DNA of 64,000 nucleotides, taken from positions 160,436 through 224,435 of the forward strand of contig JBGTHP010000003.1 of the NCBI GenBank assembly GCA_041746105.1, in the 5' to 3' direction. Positions 48,640 through 55,747 of the stretch are shown piece by piece. This DNA is from Acidimicrobiia bacterium. GTDB taxonomy: Bacteria; Actinomycetota; Acidimicrobiia; Spongiisociales; ZC4RG35. Position 1 is the stretch's first letter; every line of letters starts with the position of its first letter. The notes below the pieces were generated by a model. That model worked only from the letters and a program-made list of their open reading frames with translations, did no database searches and was not told the origin of the DNA. Both the position numbers and the translations under genes were made by a program.

Positions 48640-49010
48640 CGAACAATTCGCGAACTACATTCCGTCTGCCGGTTTCGTTGATGAATCCGGCGGAATCGGA
48701 CCTTCGGGCGCTAGATAGGAGGGCCGATTTGGGAGGGTGGAGTTCAACGGGGCCACGGAAAGTGGAAACGGCGGTATAAACCCGGCGTTGGTAACGACGT
48801 CTGAACGAAAGCTTTCCCAGACTCGTCTGGGAATGGAGGGAGAGAGCCCGGCGGGTAGTCAACTATCACCACCAGCGGAGCGGAAATCCACCACATCGGT
48901 ATCGAATGTGGTGAGAATCGCAGAAACCAGGTGATAGACGGAATGAGAACCAGACTGATTCGACTCATTACAACCGTTGGAAGCCTGGCGACGATGATCG
49001 TCGCCGCCTC
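48640..49010. other. hairpin-rich, purine-rich long intergenic segment (candidate structured leader or ncRNA)
   Basis: 466-bp gap between divergent genes. Hairpins at 48753-48765, 48767-48789, 48816-48831, 48889-48913 and 48987-49005. Three GGAGGG boxes. Two CACCAC copies are both complementary to a single GTGGTG. Confidence 0.3.
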
Positions 49011-49032
49011 GGCGAACTCTCGGATCGGTTGA
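48943..49032 (+). CDS. candidate 29-aa micro-ORF with signal-peptide-like sequence (speculative)
   Basis: ATG 48943 is preceded by AGGTGA 8 nt upstream. It encodes MRTRLIRLITTVGSLATMIVAASANSRIG, ends at TGA 49030-49032, and lies 28 nt before the GTG of the HD-GYP-like gene. Confidence 0.2.
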   Translation: MRTRLIRLITTVGSLATMIVAASANSRIG

Positions 49033-49060
49033 CAACTTTGCCGGGCAATCTTCCTCACTC

Positions 49061-50458
49061 GTGACAAGCGTTCACCAAACCCTGACCTACCAGCAGCGCC
49101 GAGGGCAGCTGCTCATCGGCTCGATCTATTTCACACTCGGCGTCGGCGTCGTCGGTCTCGTGTTGTGGCGCAAACCCATCCTCGCCCAGGGTTTCGACTG
49201 GACCTCGTGCATCTTTTTTGCGATTGCTTTCGCAGTCCTCGAGCTGTGGGCCGTAGAGGTCAACGATCGATGGAACATGAGTTCTGGAGTAATGCCGTTG
49301 TTCACGGGCGGTGTGGTCCTCGCCCTTCAATCGGGGAACGCCATGTTGGGAATGGTGATCATCGGCGCCGCCGGATTGATCGGGCCGGACGACATCAAGA
49401 AACGACGAGTTTTCCAACCGGTCTCCAACTTCGGGCAGATAACTCTTTCGGCGGCGCTGGCCGGTCTGGTTCTCGACTCGATGCTCGAAGGATTGAATCG
49501 ATCTCAATTCCAGAACAGCCAGATGTTGCAGATTGCGATCGCCGGCAGCGTTTCGGCTTTTGTCTACACGGTGTTCAACGTCGGACTGGTTCGCATTGCG
49601 GTCGGAACGGTTTACGGAACCAGAAATCTGTTGCCCTGGTCGCGGATGTCATCGCTCTTTTTTGCACAGGTAACAATGGGTTTTTTGGGAGGGATGTTGG
49701 GGGCACTCCTTCTGGCGAGCACGCCAGAACGAACCGAGTCCGCCGCAGGGTCACCACTTGTGCCTCTGGTGCTCGGTGTATACGTGATCGGGCACCTGGT
49801 GTATACGTCCTATTCCCAGTTGAGAAAAGCGCACGAAGACTCACTCCAGGGGTTTGTCAAGACGCTCGAAACCCGCGATCTGTACACAAGGGGGCACACG
49901 GAGAGGGTGGCGCACTTTGCCGCCGTGATCGGGGAAGAGCTGCGATTCACCGGGACCCAGATGGAACGGTTGCGATGGTCGGCCCTCATCCACGACATGG
50001 GCAAACTCGCGGTCCCGGCCGATCTTCTGAGCAAACAGGGAACGTTGACAGATGACGAATACCGCGACCTCCGCCGGCACTCTCACAACGTCGACGATCT
50101 CCTGAGCGAGGTGGACTTTCTGACACCGATGGTGGCGATCACCTCCGGTTGTCATCCGCGCCTGGAGGGTGAGGACTTCGGGCAGAAACACCACTCGCAT
50201 ACCAACCAACCCACCCTCGAACAGTCGGTGCTTGCGGTAGCAGACGCTTTTGACGCCATGACGAGTTCCCGTAGTTATCGCATGTCGATGAGCCAGTCGG
50301 CGGCCTTCAACGCACTCGAAGAGAACGATTCCCCGCTTTACAACCCTGACATCATCGAGGCATTGCGCCGCGGCGTGGAAAAAACCGAGCAAGTGTTTGG
50401 GCAACCGATCCTGGGTCAGATGCAGCCCCCTGAACTGTCGGAGATCAGACGTGGGTGA
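49061..50458 (+). CDS. polytopic membrane protein with C-terminal HD-GYP-like domain (GYP motif degenerate)
   Basis: ~240-aa multi-TM N-terminus. HD domain RDLYTRGHTERVAHF...LIHDMGKLAVP...VADAFDAMTS. CHPRLEGEDFG sits at the position of HHExxDGxGYP. Confidence 0.75.
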   Translation: MTSVHQTLTYQQRRGQLLIGSIYFTLGVGVVGLVLWRKPILAQGFDWTSCIFFAIAFAVLELWAVEVNDRWNMSSGVMPLFTGGVVLALQSGNAMLGMVIIGAAGLIGPDDIKKRRVFQPVSNFGQITLSAALAGLVLDSMLEGLNRSQFQNSQMLQIAIAGSVSAFVYTVFNVGLVRIAVGTVYGTRNLLPWSRMSSLFFAQVTMGFLGGMLGALLLASTPERTESAAGSPLVPLVLGVYVIGHLVYTSYSQLRKAHEDSLQGFVKTLETRDLYTRGHTERVAHFAAVIGEELRFTGTQMERLRWSALIHDMGKLAVPADLLSKQGTLTDDEYRDLRRHSHNVDDLLSEVDFLTPMVAITSGCHPRLEGEDFGQKHHSHTNQPTLEQSVLAVADAFDAMTSSRSYRMSMSQSAAFNALEENDSPLYNPDIIEALRRGVEKTEQVFGQPILGQMQPPELSEIRRG

Positions 50459-51716
50459 CAGGTCAGAGGCTGCCCCGTGGGTGTGGGTGCTGGCCGGCAT
50501 AGCAGCGCCTGGGGTGATCTTCCTGGCCTGGTTGCTTGCGCAACGATCCGAGACCATGAGTTGGCTGATATTCCTGGCCGGCCTGGCCTTTGGGCTTGGC
50601 GCCTTGATCATCATCCCGACGCGGAGCGGCGCGATGCGAACGGTGGCGCACGCGGTCGGCACCGCGGTTCCGCTGATTCCGGTGAATGGTGAACAATTGT
50701 TCGATCAGATGGCCGCAATCTCGGCCGGGATGGCGGGAATGGGGCTGTCGTGGTTGGTTGCCTCCATTCGCGGGAAGGACCAACGCCGCCTCGTCCCGAT
50801 GATGTTCCAGTCGTTCTCTGCGTACGTCGTTTATGTGGCCGTGGTCGGATCTCTTCATGACACCGCCCCTTTCCAGGCCGACAATGGTTGGGGCAGAACC
50901 CTTCTTTTTGTGGTGGCCATCGCTGCCGCCTTTTTGTTCGAGATGGTCTGGGCTGCAGCGATCGGAATCGGACGGGATCGGGGCGGAGTCCGCTTCCGGG
51001 GCCTCACCGCGCTCAAGGACCTCGACTCTTTTCTCGCCATCACCGGCGCCGGAGCCCTATTTGCACTCAGTGTTGATCTGGTTGGTGCTTGGGCGTTCGT
51101 GGTGTCATTGCTCCCGTACTCATTCACTCATACAGCTCTGTCGAGGTTTGGTGGAACCCAAACCACCTATGAGCAGACGCTGCGAGCTCTGGCCCAGATA
51201 CCGGAGGCCGCGGGGCACGCTGTCCAGGGCCATGCACTGGAAGCCGCGGCCTTGGGGCGCCAAGTTGCTCTCGACCTCGGCCTCACCCCGGGTTGGGTGG
51301 ACCGAGCAGAACACGCGTGTCTGATGCACGAGGTAGGTCTTGTCGCCCTCAACGAATCGGGCATCGTCGAGATGGGTTACTCCAACTATGACATTGCCCG
51401 CTGGGGCGCCGAGATCTTGGCGGAGACCAGTTATCTGGGCGGTGTGGCAGCGGACGTTCGCCGCCAATATGACCCATTGCGGATTCCGGGAGGCACCGCC
51501 GACCCATCTCTGACGATCAGCGCACGTATCGTCCTCGTCGTCGGGACCTACCTCAGAATGACCGAAGCCGGATCGAGCCCTCTCGAGGCGCTGGCCCATC
51601 TTCAGGCTGGAACCGCAGAAACCTTTGACAGCAACGTGGTCGCCGCACTCCGCGAACGTGTCGAGAGAACGCGGGGCCTGCGTCACCCGGTCGGCGTCGT
51701 CAGCGGTGACGCGTAG
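50451..51716 (+). CDS. polytopic membrane protein with strongly degenerate HD-GYP-like domain
   Basis: GTG 50451 overlaps the upstream stop (GTGGGTGA). Multi-TM N-terminus. The C-terminus aligns to an HD domain but has LMHEVGLVAL in place of HDxGK and VVGTYLRMT in place of VADxFDALT. Confidence 0.6.
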   Translation: MGDRSEAAPWVWVLAGIAAPGVIFLAWLLAQRSETMSWLIFLAGLAFGLGALIIIPTRSGAMRTVAHAVGTAVPLIPVNGEQLFDQMAAISAGMAGMGLSWLVASIRGKDQRRLVPMMFQSFSAYVVYVAVVGSLHDTAPFQADNGWGRTLLFVVAIAAAFLFEMVWAAAIGIGRDRGGVRFRGLTALKDLDSFLAITGAGALFALSVDLVGAWAFVVSLLPYSFTHTALSRFGGTQTTYEQTLRALAQIPEAAGHAVQGHALEAAALGRQVALDLGLTPGWVDRAEHACLMHEVGLVALNESGIVEMGYSNYDIARWGAEILAETSYLGGVAADVRRQYDPLRIPGGTADPSLTISARIVLVVGTYLRMTEAGSSPLEALAHLQAGTAETFDSNVVAALRERVERTRGLRHPVGVVSGDA

Positions 51717-52293
51717 CCGACCCGCCCTGCAGCTTCACGCCTGGCTTGAACCACCGAACGGGTTTTCGCAGTTCTGCCTGGAGGAAAGCCGAGAGACCCA
51801 CTGCCAGCAGCACATCACCGAGGGAGATCACCTGACCCTGCCCGAACAGTCGCACCGGTATCACGTCGGCCAGAAAGGCAAGATTGGTGTCAGGCCCGAG
51901 CGTGACGTGTTTGTAGCCCTCTGAGATGACTGGGTTCGACTCAAAACCTCCGGCCACCACCGCCGCTCCCTCGAGAACCGGCATGCCTCCGTTGACCGAG
52001 ATGACGGCGAAGTTCATCAACACCCCAAGCCCGGTCAGCCACATCCCTTGCCGCTCGCGATTTGCGTACACGAGGCCAAGCAGCGGCAGATAGGAGACCA
52101 AGATGAGGCCGACACCGACCGCTGACGCCGATTCTGGAATGAGTCCTGCAACCAGCTGCAACACAAAGCCGAGGGGCAGGAGCCACCACCATCTCAGTCT
52201 GATATCTGCCAGGTTCGCCATTCGACCGCCGCGAAAGACGGCCAATGACAACGCAACGAACATCACAACAATGAGCCATACCATGTGGACCAA
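51700..52293 (-). CDS. polytopic membrane protein (DUF5317-like)
   Basis: 197 aa with 5-6 TM segments. The pattern FRGGRMANLADIRLRWWWLL...NGGMPV...ISLGDVLLA is recalled as DUF5317-like. The family name is low confidence. Confidence 0.5.
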   Translation of the reverse strand: MVHMVWLIVVMFVALSLAVFRGGRMANLADIRLRWWWLLPLGFVLQLVAGLIPESASAVGVGLILVSYLPLLGLVYANRERQGMWLTGLGVLMNFAVISVNGGMPVLEGAAVVAGGFESNPVISEGYKHVTLGPDTNLAFLADVIPVRLFGQGQVISLGDVLLAVGLSAFLQAELRKPVRWFKPGVKLQGGSATRHR

Positions 52294-52327
52294 GTATCAC
52301 ACGTTCCCGGATTCTTGAGGAGTTGCC

Positions 52328-53095
52328 GTGGCAACATACGAAGTAATAGGTCCCAGAGCCGTCATCACGATCGATGAACCGGACCGCCACAATCCGATGT
52401 CGGTCGAAACGATGGGCGATCTGCTCGAAATGACCTCGAGGGCAATCGACGACCCCTCGGTGAGAGTGCTGGTTTATACGGGGGCCGGAGAGCGAGCCTT
52501 TTCTGCCGGTGGGGATCTATCAAAGGGTTTCGTCGATGACCCAATCGGGCTGCACAGAAAGCGCGGGCTTCTGGCGGATCTCTTCCGGGCTATGCGGGGC
52601 GGGGGAAAGCCGACTGTTGCTCGGGTGAACGGCCACGCCCTTGCCGGTGGGTTTGGTCTGGCGGTCGCATGCGACATCACAATCTGTGTTTCAGACGCCA
52701 AATTGGGAGTCACCGAGATCAATGTCGGGTTGTGGCCGATGATGATCTCTGCGGTTTTGTGCGAAGTCATTCCCAGAAAAGCGGCACTCGAGTTGATGAT
52801 GACCGGACGCATCATCACACCAGATGAAGCGCTCCGTCTTGGAGCTGTGTCAAGGGTCGTTGACCGGGCCGACCTCGACTCGGTAGTCGACGAGGTAGTG
52901 GCCGATCTGGCATCAAAGAGCAGCGCCGCTCTTTCTTTCGGTCGGGACACGTTCTACGGGATAGCCGATCTGGGATTCGACGCGGCGCTGGACCGGTTAC
53001 AGGCCGGGTTGACGCAGATTGCGAACACCAACGACTCGCGGGAGGGGGTGGCGGCCTTCTTGGAACGTCGGGAGCCTGGCTGGACCGGTACTTGA
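52328..53095 (+). CDS. enoyl-CoA hydratase/isomerase (crotonase) family protein
   Basis: GAGERAFSAGGDL oxyanion-hole motif and GHALAGGFGLAVACD. GAGGAG SD before GTG 52328. Confidence 0.85.
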   Translation: MATYEVIGPRAVITIDEPDRHNPMSVETMGDLLEMTSRAIDDPSVRVLVYTGAGERAFSAGGDLSKGFVDDPIGLHRKRGLLADLFRAMRGGGKPTVARVNGHALAGGFGLAVACDITICVSDAKLGVTEINVGLWPMMISAVLCEVIPRKAALELMMTGRIITPDEALRLGAVSRVVDRADLDSVVDEVVADLASKSSAALSFGRDTFYGIADLGFDAALDRLQAGLTQIANTNDSREGVAAFLERREPGWTGT

Positions 53096-53135
53096 GGTCG
53101 TTGTCTAAGCGAAGTGGGGCGATACGCTGACGAAT

Positions 53136-53798
53136 ATGCGTTGGTGGATCAGGGTTTTGGGCTGGACGATGATCTGGTCGGGGGTTTTTGCACTCGGCTA
53201 CGTCGGGTATCAGATCGGAGGTACCAACCTCCTCAATCGGGGAGCCCAGGAGGAAGCCCGTCAGGACTTCACGGTGGCCCTCGCAGAACGAATCGAGGAA
53301 CTCCCTCCTCCTGTGACCATTCCCGATCAGGAGGAAGCACCAACACTGATGCCGGAGGACCCTGCGGCGGAAGGCGAACCGAGTGGATTGATCCGGATTC
53401 CCAAGCTGGGAGTGGATGAGGTCATTTTTGAGGGCGTCACCCGCGAGATTTTGAAGCTGGGACCTGGTCACATTCCAGGAACGGCATTTCCCGGCCAGCC
53501 GGGCAATGCCGTTGTCGCAGGTCACCGCACGACCCATGGAGCACCCTTCTTCTCGATCGACGAGCTCACGGCAGGTGACGAGATCGAGGTCGAAACGGTG
53601 GTCGGTGTACACACCTATGTGGTCAGGGAGTCGATCATCGTTGCCCCCACCGACGTTTGGGTTACCGAACCGCGACCGGGAGCGTGGCTGACTTTGACCA
53701 CCTGCAACCCGATCGGCTCGGCTCGGGAGCGGCTGATCGTTTTTGCCGAGATGGTCGAAGGACCGAACGCCGCCTACGTGGCCGCCGCCGCGGCGTGA
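53136..53798 (+). CDS. class E sortase
   Basis: N-terminal TM, AGHRTTHGAPF, catalytic LTLTTCNP. Confidence 0.8.
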   Translation: MRWWIRVLGWTMIWSGVFALGYVGYQIGGTNLLNRGAQEEARQDFTVALAERIEELPPPVTIPDQEEAPTLMPEDPAAEGEPSGLIRIPKLGVDEVIFEGVTREILKLGPGHIPGTAFPGQPGNAVVAGHRTTHGAPFFSIDELTAGDEIEVETVVGVHTYVVRESIIVAPTDVWVTEPRPGAWLTLTTCNPIGSARERLIVFAEMVEGPNAAYVAAAAA

Positions 53799-53800
53799 CT

Positions 53801-54358
53801 TCAGCTTGTCGTGACGTTTGTCACGAACTCTTCGATTCGCTCGAGATCGGCTCCGCCTTCCAACTGTCCGATGACGGTGCCGGTGTTGTCAATCAGAAAG
53901 AGGGCGGGCATGCCAAATCCGACATACAGATCCCGGAGGTGGCCAGTGGCGTCGATCCCTGTGAGGTATTGGAGTTCCAATGACTCGGCAAAGGCGGCTG
54001 CAGCCTCAACCTCGTCTCGGACTGCGACCCCCACGACCATGACCTCCGGGTGCGATTGCGCGAAGCGTGACAGTTCTGGCATCTCTTCGCGACAAGGGGC
54101 GCACCATGAACCCCACAAGTTCAACAACACACCGCGGCCATCATCTCGAAGGTGTTCCGAGAGGCGCCATTCCCGACCGTCGAAGTTCGTCACCACGATT
54201 TCGGGCGCCAGTCGCCCGACCATGGGTCCGCCTTCGACGATCCCCGGTTCAGATTGAAGCCGGCTGAATAGGGCAACCCCGATAGTGACAACAATCAGGA
54301 ATATGACAGTGAGCCTGCCTGTTCGATTCCTCAATGGCTCGACGGGGGAGCTGACCAT
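53801..54358 (-). CDS. TlpA/ResA-like membrane-anchored thiol:disulfide oxidoreductase
   Basis: TM VIFLIVVTIGVALF and thioredoxin motif WGSWCAPCREEMP. ATG 54358 is chosen because the longer ORF (to 54613) overlaps the divergent gene. Confidence 0.75.
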   Translation of the reverse strand: MVSSPVEPLRNRTGRLTVIFLIVVTIGVALFSRLQSEPGIVEGGPMVGRLAPEIVVTNFDGREWRLSEHLRDDGRGVLLNLWGSWCAPCREEMPELSRFAQSHPEVMVVGVAVRDEVEAAAAFAESLELQYLTGIDATGHLRDLYVGFGMPALFLIDNTGTVIGQLEGGADLERIEEFVTNVTTS

Positions 54359-54376
54359 CGGAGACAGGTTACGACG

Positions 54377-54988
54377 ATGAGTTTTTTTGGCCGCAAACAA
54401 GATGAGCTTCTCGACAGGGGCATCAACCCGGCTCGGGTTCCTCCGGGCCAGTATGTCACCGACCGTTTTCCGGTTCTCCACGCCGGTGTGACACCGCGGG
54501 TGGATCTCGCCACCTGGGATTTTGTCATCGATGGTCTCGTCGACGTACCGGTCACGCTGAATTACTCGGAGATGATTTCTTTGGAACCGGCACGGACCGT
54601 CGCCGATATCCACTGTGTGACCAAGTGGTCGAAACTGGACACCGAGTGGGAGGGTGCATCGGTGAGGGCGGTTCTGTCGAAGGTCGCCATTTCACGGGAC
54701 GCCACGCATGCATTGATCAGGGCCGAGCACGGGTTCACCGCCAACCTGCCGATCGAGGACCTGTTGCGCGAGGAGAATCTGCTGACATGGAGGTTCGGAG
54801 GTTCCGATCTCGAGCCGGATCACGGTTGGCCCCTGCGACTTGTCGTCCCGCACCTCTATTTCTGGAAATCGGTCAAATGGGTGAGGGGCATTCGTTTCCT
54901 CGACCAAGACGAGCCAGGGTTCTGGGAGCGGAACGGCTACCACATGTACGGCGATCCGTTCAAGGAGCAACGTTATTGGGGCGATTGA
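54377..54988 (+). CDS. sulfite-oxidase-like molybdopterin oxidoreductase (cytoplasmic, YedY/SorA-fold)
   Basis: DIHCVTKWSKLDTEWEGASV motif (Mo-ligand Cys context) and LVVPHLYFWKSVKW. Confidence 0.75.
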   Translation: MSFFGRKQDELLDRGINPARVPPGQYVTDRFPVLHAGVTPRVDLATWDFVIDGLVDVPVTLNYSEMISLEPARTVADIHCVTKWSKLDTEWEGASVRAVLSKVAISRDATHALIRAEHGFTANLPIEDLLREENLLTWRFGGSDLEPDHGWPLRLVVPHLYFWKSVKWVRGIRFLDQDEPGFWERNGYHMYGDPFKEQRYWGD

Positions 54989-54991
54989 GCC

Positions 54992-55660
54992 TCAGCCGGC
55001 GAAGATGTGTGCTGTCCAGATCGTTCCGGCGCCGTCGACATAAACGCCAACTCCGAGTGCCGTGAAGGAACCGTTGAGCATGTTGGCGTTGTGACCGGGT
55101 GACGCCACGAGTGCGTTGAAGATCTGGTTGACGGTGCCACCGAAACCCACGTTCTCGCCGGCGGTGCTCCACGGACCGAGTAGCGAGCCAATGTTCGAGT
55201 GGCTCAACGATCCGCTCGCTGCAATCGTTTTTGCCCAGCTTCTCGCATAGGCGTCGAGGCTGCCGTTGCGTCCGAGGGCTGCCAGTCCGTTCGAACCCCT
55301 CCAGTTGTTGATCGACGCCTGGAATTGGCCCTCCATCTGCGATGAGTAGGAGCCGCCCGGTTTGGGCGCCGTGGTTGTTGTGGTGCTCTTCGGCTTGGTT
55401 CCGCTGGAGGTGGGGGCTGGAGCGGTTGTCTCACTGGTGGCGGTCGACAGAGTGCTGTCCGTCACCCGGGACTCGAGGACCTCGTAGAGATACTCGTGAT
55501 CCTGGGTGGTGGTTGTTTCGGCCTCCGCGATAGACACCTCGGCCGTTGCCGGGGCCGGTCGCTTGACACGCTCAGCGGGGTCCGGTGATCCGACCAGCGA
55601 GGTACACGCGCCGGTCGAAAGAATTGTCAGGGTAAAAAGAAAAAGGGGCACACGCCGCAT
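54992..55660 (-). CDS. secreted CAP/SCP (PR-1-like) domain lipoprotein
   Basis: Lipobox LSTGAC, Thr-rich linker, CAP-type SHSN...GENVG...ASPGHNANML. Confidence 0.7.
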   Translation of the reverse strand: MRRVPLFLFTLTILSTGACTSLVGSPDPAERVKRPAPATAEVSIAEAETTTTQDHEYLYEVLESRVTDSTLSTATSETTAPAPTSSGTKPKSTTTTTAPKPGGSYSSQMEGQFQASINNWRGSNGLAALGRNGSLDAYARSWAKTIAASGSLSHSNIGSLLGPWSTAGENVGFGGTVNQIFNALVASPGHNANMLNGSFTALGVGVYVDGAGTIWTAHIFAG

Positions 55661-55747
55661 GCAGTATTCCCTCCACTCGGTGGTGCCTTGTTAAAACAAG
55701 TAGGCCAAAAGGACTATAGACCGGGTGACATCTGAAGCAAGCTCAGC

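Noticed and set aside
48745-48800. Local resemblance of GUGGAAACGGCGGUAUAAACCCGGCG to the RNase P P10-P12 region and to the ACGG.GG.A.AAA.CCCGG segment of guanidine-I (ykkC) riboswitches
   Set aside because: The universally conserved RNase P elements (GAGGAAAGUCC, ACAGAACCCGGCUUA) are absent. The ykkC 5' elements (CUAGGGUUCCG, GGUCCGAGAG) are absent too. The downstream gene class also does not fit ykkC regulons. The resemblance is kept only as part of the generic structured-region finding.
54359-54613. N-terminal 85-aa extension of the TlpA-like ORF
   Set aside because: The extension overlaps the divergent Mo-enzyme gene and has a shadow-ORF composition. The internal ATG at 54358 gives a normal TM-anchored thioredoxin.
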